A stretch of 62,135 nt of DNA from sequence record DRR723986_4010, one strand, 5' to 3'. Every line of letters starts with the position of its first letter. Position 1 is the first letter of the stretch. Of this stretch, positions 9,663 through 20,567 are shown piece by piece. The position numbers and the translations under genes were made by a program. A model generated the notes under the pieces. That model was not told where the DNA came from and did not search any database. It saw nothing but the letters and a program-made list of their open reading frames with translations.

Positions 9663-9678
9663 TTGTGCAATGCAGCAT
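9663..9678 (+). promoter_or_regulatory. PhaR-like binding site
   Basis: TTGTGCAATGCAGCAT resembles the TGC-rich PhaR sites found upstream of alphaproteobacterial phasin/PHA genes. Confidence 0.45.
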
Positions 9679-9718
9679 AGAGGCGTACTGTTCAGGTCAG
9701 AAAAGGGATACAGGACTG

Positions 9719-10021
9719 ATGGAATATTGGCTCATGCCTTGGCGTGCGACGCTGACTGTTGCCGCTGCCACGCTCGAAACCACGCTGGTCATGCAGAAAA
9801 GCCTCGCCGGCCTGACGGGAATGGGCGGCCTCGAGGCGATGGACGAGAACCGTCTGCGCGATGCCTTCCATGCCGCTGCCGACGTGAACCTGCGCCGCTG
9901 GGGCGATGCGGCGGAAATGCTGCAGAACCTGCCGGGCTGGTACCGGGATCTCGGCCGCATGCCGGGCGACCTGATGACTGACTGGTTCGACGCGCGTCAC
10001 CGGTCGGCGACGGCAGACTGA
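9719..10021 (+). CDS. Hypothetical helical protein, possibly PHA-granule associated
   Basis: 100-aa ORF with AGGA RBS, amphipathic helical composition and a PhaR-like box upstream. Confidence 0.6.
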   Translation: MEYWLMPWRATLTVAAATLETTLVMQKSLAGLTGMGGLEAMDENRLRDAFHAAADVNLRRWGDAAEMLQNLPGWYRDLGRMPGDLMTDWFDARHRSATAD

Positions 10022-10031
10022 CCGGGCCGTC

Positions 10032-11429
<1,398 letters not shown>

Positions 11430-11552
11430 GCGGTTTCCCGGTGGGACCCCTTCCACACACACGTAGGTTTTAGGCGCTATCGCGACAGCGCGAAGATGCC
11501 AAGCCCTGCATCCGCGCAAGCCTTCCCTTGCGTAAGCCCCTTACCTGCATGT

Positions 11553-11573
11553 AATTATTGAAAATCGATAATT
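11553..11573. promoter_or_regulatory. Palindromic operator just upstream of the RND operon -35
   Basis: AATTATTGA-AAA-TCGATAATT, followed by TTGACA (11579)-N17-TAACTC. Confidence 0.6.
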
Positions 11574-11640
11574 TCTCGTTGACAGTCGAATAGAGCGCGC
11601 GTAACTCGCTGCATATACAGACAGGAGCAATGCCTAAGGC

Positions 11641-13095
11641 ATGAAACGATCAATCCTCTTCGCGGGCACGGCATTTCTTGCAGCGTGCGCCTCTTCTCCG
11701 GCAAATCTTGGCGGTCTGGCAGGCGAACGCGTTGATTTCTTTGCGCAAGCACCCGATGCACCCGCCGAATGGATAGCAAGCGGCGTCGCCGGAAAGGCGC
11801 CCAAAGGCGACTGGCTGAGTCAGTTCAACGACCCGATGATGCTTTCGCTGGTGTCGGAAGCGCTTGCAAACAATCCGAGCCTGAAATCCCGCGCGGCCAC
11901 GATGCGCGCCGCTGAAGCGGCCACCCGAACAGCACGCTCGGCTGGCCGGCCGAGCCTCGATGCGTCGGTGTCTGCCGGCGCCTCGTCGACCGGCGTGAAG
12001 ACGGCAACAGGCACTGACCGGATCGACAGCGAAATCTATGGCGTCGGGCTCGATGCCAGCTGGGAGCTGGACCTGTGGGGCCGCATCGGCGCGTCCGTGA
12101 ACGCGGCAGAGGCAGACTATGCCGCATCCGAGGCAGATCTGGCCGCAGCGGAACTATCACTGGCGGCCCAGACAGCCATCGCCTGGATCAACCTGAACGA
12201 GGCAATGGCCCAGGAACGCGTGGCCGAACTGACCTATGATGCGCGCGACCGTGTGCGCCTGCTGACGGAGCGCCGCTTCCAGCGCGGCCTGGTTGACGCG
12301 CTCGACGTGCGGACCGCCCGCTCGGCCCTGGCGAATGCGGAAGCCGCGATCGCAACGCGCCGCCAGATCACCGGCGAATCTGCCCGCCGGCTCGAAATCC
12401 TGCTTGGCCGTTATCCGGCCGCCGAGATTGCCGCATCGGCAGAGCTGCCGGCCCTCGGCCCGCTGCAACCGGAGGGCAATCCTGCCCTTCTGCTGTCGCG
12501 CCGGCCAGACATCGCCGCATCCGAAGCCCGGATCGAAGCCGCCGGCATGCGTGCCGAGACCGCCCGGCTGGCCATGCTGCCCTCCTTCGTCCTGTCGGCC
12601 AGCGCATCGACCAGCGAAAGCGACCTCGCCGACGCGTTCGACCCGGAACTGATCGCGGCCCGCCTCGTCGCAAACCTCATCGCGCCGATCTTCAAAGGCG
12701 GACGCCTCGATGCCCAGCGTGATGCTGCGGTGGCGCAGGCAGAAGCCGCTGTCGCCAACTATGCCAGTGCCGCGCTGTCGGCCTGGGGCGAAGTCGAGAA
12801 TGCCGTCGCAGCGGACACGTATCTTGCCGATCAGGAAGAAGCCCAGGCCCGGGCACTGGAAGAAGCCCGGCTGGCCGAAGACCTTGCCCTTCGCAAGTAC
12901 ACGACCAGCGGCACACTGACGATCTTCAACCTGATCGACGCCCAGACCCGGCGCCTGACAGCGGAGAGCCAGCTGATCTCCGTCCGCGCCAGCCGCGCCA
13001 CCAACCGTATTTCCTACCACATCGCCCTCGGCGGCGGCCTTCCGGTCCAGACCGCCATGACTGAAACGACGCCCACCGAAGCCGCCGCAGAGTAA
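11641..13095 (+). CDS. Efflux outer-membrane factor lipoprotein (OprM/NodT family)
   Basis: Lipobox FLAAC; SWELDLWGR and LLSRRPDI motifs. Confidence 0.92.
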   Translation: MKRSILFAGTAFLAACASSPANLGGLAGERVDFFAQAPDAPAEWIASGVAGKAPKGDWLSQFNDPMMLSLVSEALANNPSLKSRAATMRAAEAATRTARSAGRPSLDASVSAGASSTGVKTATGTDRIDSEIYGVGLDASWELDLWGRIGASVNAAEADYAASEADLAAAELSLAAQTAIAWINLNEAMAQERVAELTYDARDRVRLLTERRFQRGLVDALDVRTARSALANAEAAIATRRQITGESARRLEILLGRYPAAEIAASAELPALGPLQPEGNPALLLSRRPDIAASEARIEAAGMRAETARLAMLPSFVLSASASTSESDLADAFDPELIAARLVANLIAPIFKGGRLDAQRDAAVAQAEAAVANYASAALSAWGEVENAVAADTYLADQEEAQARALEEARLAEDLALRKYTTSGTLTIFNLIDAQTRRLTAESQLISVRASRATNRISYHIALGGGLPVQTAMTETTPTEAAAE

Positions 13096-13113
13096 GCCCC
13101 AGGAGTTCCATCC

Positions 13114-14385
13114 ATGGCCCGTATCATCGCCATCGCTGCCCCCATCGCCATCATTGCCGTTCTTGGCGTCGGCGGAACCGTCGTCCTGCAGAACCTCAAG
13201 CCGGAACCCGAGAAGGCTGAAGAAGCCCGCATCGGTCTGAATGTCTTTGCCGAACAGGTTCGCCGCGGCAATCTTGAAATCACGGTTGAAGCGCAAGGCG
13301 AAGTGCGCCCTCGCCGCGAAATCGTGGTGGCCCCGCAGATCTCCGGACGTATTGCCTATGTCTCGCCTGACTTCATCGATGGCGGCTTCATCAAGCAGGG
13401 CCAGCTCCTGGTTCGTGTCGAAGCGGCTGATTATGAACTGGCTGTGGTGCGCGCCCGTTCCGGCGTAGCCTCTGCCGAACAGGGCCTGACCCGTGAAATC
13501 GCAGAAGCCGAGCTGGCACAGCAGGATATCGAGGACCTCGGCATTTCCGATGTCTCCCCGCTGGCCCGCCGCGAACCGCAACTGGCCCAGGCCCGTGCCG
13601 CCCTCGACGCCGCCAAGGCACAGCTGAAAGATGCCGAGCTGGCGCTGGAACGCACCGCGGTCTACGCCCCCTTCGCCGGCCGGGTGTGGGAGCGCAATGT
13701 CGATATCGGCCAGGTCGTTGCGACCGGCCAGTCGCTGGGACGCATCTTCGCGAACGACGTCGTCGAAGTTTCGCTGCCGCTGGATGACGAGGAAATGGGC
13801 CGCCTCGGCCTGCCGCTCGCCTTCGCGGCAAGCGAGCAGCAGCCCGGCCCGAAAGTCGACTTCTCGGCGACGGTTGGCGGCATCGAACGGCACTGGACCG
13901 GCGAAGTTGTCCGGACGGCTGCCGCGGTCAATTCCCAGACCCGCCAGATCAATGTGATCGCCGAACTGAAAGACCCTTACGGCAAAGGTGCCGATGGCGG
14001 TGCGCCCATGGCGCCAGGCCTGTTCGTCAATGCCGTGATCCACGGCGACACCATACCCGATGTCCTGATTGCGCCGCGCGCCTCCCTGCGTGGGGACGAC
14101 CGGATCTTCATCGGCGATACCAAGAAAGGCACGCTGTCGATCCGCACCGTCGACCTGATCTATTCCGATCCGCACGGGGCCTATGTCCGCACCGGCATCG
14201 ACGCGGGAGAGTTCGCTATCACCTCCCCGATCCAGGCCGCCTTCGACGGCATGAACATTACCGTGATGGAACGCATGCCGGACGGCACCATCAAGACCTA
14301 CGAACCGGTGGAAGACACATCGGACGGGGAAGACGTTGAGGAAACAGCCATGCGTCTCTCCAGCGCAAAGGGAGCCTCTGAATGA
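13114..14385 (+). CDS. RND efflux membrane fusion protein
   Basis: N-terminal TM, PQISGRI, APFAGRV and PGLFV motifs. Confidence 0.92.
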   Translation: MARIIAIAAPIAIIAVLGVGGTVVLQNLKPEPEKAEEARIGLNVFAEQVRRGNLEITVEAQGEVRPRREIVVAPQISGRIAYVSPDFIDGGFIKQGQLLVRVEAADYELAVVRARSGVASAEQGLTREIAEAELAQQDIEDLGISDVSPLARREPQLAQARAALDAAKAQLKDAELALERTAVYAPFAGRVWERNVDIGQVVATGQSLGRIFANDVVEVSLPLDDEEMGRLGLPLAFAASEQQPGPKVDFSATVGGIERHWTGEVVRTAAAVNSQTRQINVIAELKDPYGKGADGGAPMAPGLFVNAVIHGDTIPDVLIAPRASLRGDDRIFIGDTKKGTLSIRTVDLIYSDPHGAYVRTGIDAGEFAITSPIQAAFDGMNITVMERMPDGTIKTYEPVEDTSDGEDVEETAMRLSSAKGASE

Positions 14386-17300
14386 ACGGGATCGTCGCCT
14401 GGTTCGCCCGCAACGCGGTTGCCGCAAACCTTCTCATGATCGTCTGCTTCGTCGGGGGCATCTTCGGATATACCGCGATGGAACGGGAAATGTTCCCGAT
14501 TGGCACATTCAACGGCGCTACCGTGTCGATGTCCTGGCCGGGCGCGTCACCGCAGGACGTTGAGGAACAGATCGTGACACGGATCGAAGAAGCCGTGGCT
14601 GATCTGGATGGTATCAAACGCATCACGTCCACAGCGGCCGAAGGATCCGGCTGGGTCAATATCGAAGGCCAGAACGACATCGACATGATGGAGTTCCTGG
14701 ACGAAGTGAAACTTCGTGTCGATCAGATCAACAACCTGCCGCAGGCGGCGTTCCAACCTCAGGTTCGGCGCTGGGAACAGCGCGGACAATTCATGGGTCT
14801 GGCCATCCATGGCAAGGTCGACGGACGGGAACTGAAGCGTCTGGGAGACCGCGTTCGGGATGACATTGCCCAGCTGCCCGGCGGTGAACTTGCCGAACTG
14901 CAGGGAACGCTGGACGAACAGGTGAACATTGAAGTCACCGAGGAATCCCTGCGCCGGTTCGGCCTCAGCTTCGCCGATGTGGCCAATGCCATCCGGCAGT
15001 CATCCCTGAACTCATCTGGCGGCCGCATCGAGTCCTCTACCGGAGACGTCGCCATCACGGCCCGGCAGCTGGCCGACACGGAAGACCAGTTCAATCGAAT
15101 CATCATCCGGCAGACGACGGCGGAAGGCACCGTTCGGGTCGAAGACGTTGCCAATGTCATCGACGGGTTCGTGTCGGATAAGTTCAGCGCGCTTTATGGC
15201 GGTGAACCGACAGCCTTCGTCATGATTCCCGCCCCGGACAAGATGGATGTTGTCAAATACACTGAAGGCTTCCGGAACTATGTGGAACGGGCCAATGATC
15301 CCAGAAACGGAATCCTGCCCCAGGGAGTGAAGATCGACATCCTTTGGGACGATTCCGAAGCGTTCAACGACCGCATGAACCTGATCATGTCGTCTGCCCT
15401 GCAGGGCGCGGCGCTGGTGCTGATCGTCCTCCTGCTGTTCCTTCGTCCGATGGTGGCCTTCTGGGTGACAATCGGCATCATGACCGCATTCGCCGGCGGC
15501 ATCCTGATCCTGCCTTATCTAGGTGTGTCCTGGAACGTCCTGTCGACCTTTGCTGTGCTGCTGGTGATCGGAGTGATCGTGGATGACGCGATTGTGGTGG
15601 GTGAGAACATCCACAAGGAAGTCGAAAGCGGCCGGCGTGAAGGGCTGGACGCTGCGATTGTCGGTACCCAGCTGGTGATGAAACCGATCATCTTCGGTGT
15701 TCTCACAACAATTATTGCCTTCCTTCCGTGGGCTTTCCTCAGCGGACCGGAGCGCCAGTTCACTCAGCAGATCACATTTGTGGTTGTCGCGGCACTGGCC
15801 TTCTCGATCATTGAGTGCATGCTGATCCTGCCGGCACACCTGGCCCACATGAAAAAGCAGAGCTTTGACGGCCCAAGCGGTGCGCTCATGCGTATGCAAC
15901 GCCGGATCGCTGACAGCCTGCTATGGTTTGCCAACAACATCTACAAACCCGCGCTCGAGTTTGCGCTGAAGTTCCGCTACGCGACGACCGCCCTCTTCTT
16001 CTGCCTCTTCTACCTGGCCTTCAGCCTGTCCAGCATGAAAATTGTGCCGTTCAAGTTCATGCCGGAGATCGAAGCGGACCTGATCCAGGTGCAGATCGAA
16101 ATGCCCGATGGCACGCCTTACGAACGTCTGATTCAGGTCCGCGACCAGCTGCAGGCTGGGATCGAAGTCAGCGAGCAACAGACAAAAGACGAGCATCCTG
16201 AAATCGAGGACGGATTGATCCGAGACGCGTCAGTGATCGCCTACGGCACCAATGTTCGCGCGTTTGTCGGCCTCGCACCCCCGGAGGACCGCCCGAACAC
16301 AATCCGTTCGAAAGACCTCGCGGAATTGCTGCGCGAGAATGTCGGCGAAATTCAGGATGCTGAAGAGATCAATTTCGCCTTCACGTTCAATGACAATGAC
16401 ACAGGCGTCCGGTTCGCCCTCAGCAATGAGAATCTCGACCGCCTGCGCGAAGCAGCCGAAATGGTGAAGGTGCAACTGGCGACATATTCCAACGCCTATG
16501 ACGTGGGGGACAACCTGTCCTCCGCCGCCGAGGAGATCCGCATCAGCATGAAGCCGGGAGCCGAGACGCTCGGCGTTACGTTGGCCGACGTCTCCCGCCA
16601 GCTGCGCCAGGCCTATTATGGCGAGGAAGTCCAGCGCCTGCCCCGCGAAGGGGAAGATGTGCGCGTGATGGTGCGCCTTCCTGAATCGGCACGTGAAAAC
16701 CTGGACAGCCTGAATTCTCTCCGTGTACGCACGGTGGATGGTCGCGAAATTCCGGTAACGCAGGTCGCCGACTTCTCCTACGCCCCCGGCATCAACCGCA
16801 TTCAGCGGCGCGACCGGATGCGCTCGGTCTATGTCTTCGCCGAAGTGAAGGGCGAAGGCGGCCGCGGAGAAATCATGGCGGACATGGAAGCAAACTTCTG
16901 GCCGGAATTCCAGAAGCAGTTCCCGGATGTGAAACGCGGCGAAGCGGGCGGCTTCGAGGAAGAAAGCCAGTTCATGAGCGAAATCGGCCGGCTGACCCTG
17001 ATGGCCATCGGTGCCATGTACATCCTGCTGGCAATTGCCTTCCGGTCCTATGCGCAGCCTGTGCTGCTGATGATGGCCCTGCCCTTTGCCTATGCCGGTG
17101 CCCTGTTCGGCCTCTGGTTCTTTGACACGCCGATGGCACTGTTCTCCTTCTTCGGGATCGCTGCGGCCGCGGGGGTCGTCATCAACGACAACCTTGTGTT
17201 GATCGACTATGTCAACAAACGCCGGGACGAAGGAGCGGGCGCCGTTCAGGCGCTGGTCGACGCCGGCGTGTCGCGCTTCCGCCCGATCCTGCTGACGTCG

Positions 17301-17603
17301 CTGACCACCATGGTCGGGATCCTGCCCTTGCTGTCACAGCGCTCGGTGCAGGCCCAGTTCCTGAAGCCAATGCTGGTTGCGCTTGGGTCAGCCGTCGGGT
17401 TTGCGATCTTTATCTCGCTGTTCCTGGTGCCGGCGCTTTACGTCATCGGGGCTGAAGTCAAACGGATCTTCGCCTGGACCTGGGGCGGCCAGCCCTTCCG
17501 TCACATTGGCGACGGATACTCCGGTCATGTCACGATCGACGAGGAAGAATTGATCGGCACGAGCGGAGGGAGTGGCAGTCCGCCTATGGCACCGGCGGAA
17601 TGA
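14382..17603 (+). CDS. RND permease (AcrB/AcrD/AcrF family)
   Basis: 1073 aa; VDDAIVVGEN and RFRPILLTSLTT motifs; ATGA overlap with the MFP gene. Confidence 0.95.
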   Translation: MNGIVAWFARNAVAANLLMIVCFVGGIFGYTAMEREMFPIGTFNGATVSMSWPGASPQDVEEQIVTRIEEAVADLDGIKRITSTAAEGSGWVNIEGQNDIDMMEFLDEVKLRVDQINNLPQAAFQPQVRRWEQRGQFMGLAIHGKVDGRELKRLGDRVRDDIAQLPGGELAELQGTLDEQVNIEVTEESLRRFGLSFADVANAIRQSSLNSSGGRIESSTGDVAITARQLADTEDQFNRIIIRQTTAEGTVRVEDVANVIDGFVSDKFSALYGGEPTAFVMIPAPDKMDVVKYTEGFRNYVERANDPRNGILPQGVKIDILWDDSEAFNDRMNLIMSSALQGAALVLIVLLLFLRPMVAFWVTIGIMTAFAGGILILPYLGVSWNVLSTFAVLLVIGVIVDDAIVVGENIHKEVESGRREGLDAAIVGTQLVMKPIIFGVLTTIIAFLPWAFLSGPERQFTQQITFVVVAALAFSIIECMLILPAHLAHMKKQSFDGPSGALMRMQRRIADSLLWFANNIYKPALEFALKFRYATTALFFCLFYLAFSLSSMKIVPFKFMPEIEADLIQVQIEMPDGTPYERLIQVRDQLQAGIEVSEQQTKDEHPEIEDGLIRDASVIAYGTNVRAFVGLAPPEDRPNTIRSKDLAELLRENVGEIQDAEEINFAFTFNDNDTGVRFALSNENLDRLREAAEMVKVQLATYSNAYDVGDNLSSAAEEIRISMKPGAETLGVTLADVSRQLRQAYYGEEVQRLPREGEDVRVMVRLPESARENLDSLNSLRVRTVDGREIPVTQVADFSYAPGINRIQRRDRMRSVYVFAEVKGEGGRGEIMADMEANFWPEFQKQFPDVKRGEAGGFEEESQFMSEIGRLTLMAIGAMYILLAIAFRSYAQPVLLMMALPFAYAGALFGLWFFDTPMALFSFFGIAAAAGVVINDNLVLIDYVNKRRDEGAGAVQALVDAGVSRFRPILLTSLTTMVGILPLLSQRSVQAQFLKPMLVALGSAVGFAIFISLFLVPALYVIGAEVKRIFAWTWGGQPFRHIGDGYSGHVTIDEEELIGTSGGSGSPPMAPAE

Positions 17604-17626
17604 TCTACTAACAAACAACCACAGGA

Positions 17627-17655
17627 CATGCCCCTCGCGCGCTGCGGGGGGCATG
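17627..17655 (+). terminator. GC hairpin between the RND gene and the M13 peptidase gene
   Basis: CATGCCCC...GGGGCATG stem with a weak U-tract. Confidence 0.45.
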
Positions 17656-17680
17656 GGATTTGAGCAAGGAGAAACTCAGG

Positions 17681-19867
17681 ATGAAACATCTTCTGATGGG
17701 CACAGCGGCCATTGCATTGCTGGCCGGGTGTACGCCCAAGGCGTCCGCGCCTGCAGAAGGCGACAAGGTCGCTGTCGTAGAAACCACGCCGCCGGTCGCC
17801 AATGCGGACGGAAAGTATGAAACCAGCGAAGGCCTGCTGCTCTCGGCTCCTGACTATTGGGGCAGCTGGGGGATCGACCTCAGCGTCCAGGACACCAATG
17901 TCAAACCAGGCAATGACTTTTACGCGTGGACCAATGGCAAGTGGCTGGATTCCTTCGAGATCCCGTCAGACCGCTCGCGCTACGGCTCGTTCGACCTGCT
18001 GGCTGAGAAATCCGAACAGCGCGTCCGCAAAATCATCGACGACCTAGCCGCACAAAAGCCGGCCATTGATACGCCGGAAGGCAAGATCGGCGCCTATTAC
18101 AACGCCTATCTCGACACCGATGCCATCAATGCCGCCGGCCTTGCGCCAGCGCAGCCCTATCTCGACAAAATCAACGCGATCCAGTCACAGGACGACCTCG
18201 CGACCCTGTTTGCGACGCCAGGGTTCAGCGCACCGATCGGCGGATTCGTCTTTGCCGACGACAAGGATCCGGACACGAACATCTTCCAGATGCGCATCAG
18301 CGGCCTCGGCCTGCCGGACCGTGACTATTATCTGAAGACGGATGACAAATCGGTAGAGATTCGCACCAAATATCTCGACCTGCTCACCTTCATGCTTGAA
18401 AAGGCCGGCTATGAAGATGCTGCCGGAGAAGCGCAAAAGGTGCTGGATCTCGAAACCGAGATTGCCAGAACCGATTGGGACCGCGCCCTCGCCCGCAATC
18501 CGGAGATCACCTACAACAAGGTGAGCAAGGATGAGCTCGTGGCAATGGCGGGCGACTTTCCGCTTATCCGTGCGCTCGACACGATGGGTCTCGGGGGCGA
18601 GAGTGAATTCCTCGTCGCAGAAGTTCCGCCCACGGCGGAAGAACTGGATGCCGCCGGTATTTCCGATGAAGATGCGGCCAAACTCGGCGGTGGTTTCCCG
18701 GCCATGTTCGAAGTGGTCAGCGAAACACCGCTCGATACCTGGAAAGCCTACCTCACTGCGCATTTCCTGTCGGACTTTGCCAGCGTACTGCCCAAGGAGA
18801 TCGATGACGCCAACTTCGCGTTCTACGGCACTACCCTGCGCGGCCAGCCGGAACAGCGCGAGCGCTGGAAGCGGGCCGTGCAGGCAACTCAGGGCACACT
18901 CGGCGAAGCCATCGGCAAAGTATTTGTCGCGCGCTATTTCCCGCCGGAGAACAAGGCGGCGATGGACGATCTTGTCGCCAATCTCCGCAAGGCCATGGCC
19001 GCAAATCTCGAAGACCTCGGCTGGATGAGCGAAGCGACCAAGGTGAAGGCCGAAGCAAAGCTCGACGCCTTTACGCCGAAGATCGGCTATCCGGACGAGT
19101 TCGAGACCTATGACACGCTCGTCGTGGGCAACAATGCGCTCGACAACGCCATCGCAGCGCAGAAATGGGCAACCGAGGACAATCTCGCAGATCTCGGCCA
19201 GCCCGTGGACCGCACGCGGTGGTTCATGACCCCGCAGACGATCAACGCCTACTACAACCCTTCCTTCAATGAGATTGTGTTCCCGGCCGCCATCCTGCAG
19301 CCGCCTTTCTTCAACATATCGGCGGACCCAGCCGTGAACTATGGTGCCATCGGCGGCGTCATCGGGCATGAAATGGGCCATGGCTTCGACGACCAGGGCG
19401 CCAAATATGATGGCGAAGGCGTTCTCAAGAACTGGTGGACAGAAGAAGACCTCGCCGCCTTCCGCCAGCTGGGCGATGCGCTGGCCAAGCAATATTCAGC
19501 CTATTGCCCGCTGGATGATGGCGAGACTTGCGTGAACGGCCGCCTGACGCTGGGCGAGAACATTGGCGACCTTGGTGGCCTGTCCCTCGCCTACCGGGCT
19601 TACAAGATGTCGCTGAATGGCAAGGAAGCCCCGGTGATCGACGGGCTGACTGGCGACCAGCGCTTCTTCATGGCCTGGGCCCAGGTCTGGAGATCGAAGT
19701 ACCGGGATGAGGCGACCCGCCAGCAAATGCTGACGGACCCGCACTCGCCGCCCGGCTTCCGCGTCAATGGCGTCGTCCGGAACCTGAACGCATGGTACGA
19801 TGCCTTCGATATCCAGCCTGACGACGCGCTCTACCTCCCGCCGGACGAACGCATCCATATCTGGTAA
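17681..19867 (+). CDS. M13 family (neprilysin/PepO-like) metallopeptidase, lipoprotein
   Basis: Lipobox LLAGC; NAYY, HEMGH, GENIGD and DPHSP motifs. Confidence 0.95.
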   Translation: MKHLLMGTAAIALLAGCTPKASAPAEGDKVAVVETTPPVANADGKYETSEGLLLSAPDYWGSWGIDLSVQDTNVKPGNDFYAWTNGKWLDSFEIPSDRSRYGSFDLLAEKSEQRVRKIIDDLAAQKPAIDTPEGKIGAYYNAYLDTDAINAAGLAPAQPYLDKINAIQSQDDLATLFATPGFSAPIGGFVFADDKDPDTNIFQMRISGLGLPDRDYYLKTDDKSVEIRTKYLDLLTFMLEKAGYEDAAGEAQKVLDLETEIARTDWDRALARNPEITYNKVSKDELVAMAGDFPLIRALDTMGLGGESEFLVAEVPPTAEELDAAGISDEDAAKLGGGFPAMFEVVSETPLDTWKAYLTAHFLSDFASVLPKEIDDANFAFYGTTLRGQPEQRERWKRAVQATQGTLGEAIGKVFVARYFPPENKAAMDDLVANLRKAMAANLEDLGWMSEATKVKAEAKLDAFTPKIGYPDEFETYDTLVVGNNALDNAIAAQKWATEDNLADLGQPVDRTRWFMTPQTINAYYNPSFNEIVFPAAILQPPFFNISADPAVNYGAIGGVIGHEMGHGFDDQGAKYDGEGVLKNWWTEEDLAAFRQLGDALAKQYSAYCPLDDGETCVNGRLTLGENIGDLGGLSLAYRAYKMSLNGKEAPVIDGLTGDQRFFMAWAQVWRSKYRDEATRQQMLTDPHSPPGFRVNGVVRNLNAWYDAFDIQPDDALYLPPDERIHIW

Positions 19868-19933
19868 TCCAGAATTGAAAATCGTGTGATCTGGAGGCGG
19901 CGCTACAGTTAGCGCCGCCTCTTGCATATGTGT

Positions 19934-19948
19934 TCAACAGGATATTAA
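19934..19948. promoter_or_regulatory. CtrA-like box
   Basis: TCAA-N7-TTAA, one mismatch to TTAA-N7-TTAA, upstream of a PilZ gene. Confidence 0.35.
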
Positions 19949-20014
19949 AGGTTCTGGCCCATATTTTGCGACTTGAGTGGAGTTCGTTAGCGATTGGAGC
20001 GCTTAGACTACGCC

Positions 20015-20371
20015 ATGAGCATGAAGCCGCGCCTCTTTGGGACAAAAAAACCTGACGGTCCCGATCCGGGACGGATTCAACGTACGCTCCAGAACTCTGT
20101 GACGGCGATCGCCTCGCGTACGGATCATCAGAACATGACCCGCGCCGAACGGGCCAAAGTGTACCGTGAGGCCGCTGTCGCCTACGATTCCGGATATCGA
20201 CGCAAAGGCATCGTTCTGGATTATACGAGCAAAGGTGTTCGTCTGCGCTTCCCGACCAATGAGAGCCTGCCCCCGACGATTTATCTCTATGCTGGCGCCA
20301 TCGGCCTTGAGGGACCTGCCCGGGTCGTCTGGCAAAGCGGATCAGAAGCCGGGCTTGCGCTGGACAGCTGA
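20015..20371 (+). CDS. PilZ domain protein
   Basis: RAERAK (RxxR-like) and DYTSKG (DxSxxG-like) motifs, with a C-terminal ARVVW..GL. Confidence 0.7.
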   Translation: MSMKPRLFGTKKPDGPDPGRIQRTLQNSVTAIASRTDHQNMTRAERAKVYREAAVAYDSGYRRKGIVLDYTSKGVRLRFPTNESLPPTIYLYAGAIGLEGPARVVWQSGSEAGLALDS

Positions 20372-20567
20372 TCCGTCATTCCGGCCGCTTCTGGCCTAGT
20401 GATTCTGCAGTTCGCCCCGGATTCTGAGTTGCTTTTCGGCACTCTTTCGCCCCTGCCCCAGTTTGCCGCACCACTTCTGACCTTTTGTCGGGCTTGACGT
20501 GCCCCCTTGTCAGGCGCTTTGTGCCATCCGAAGTAAGACAGCACGCAGTTGCAGCAAGGAGACGCAC

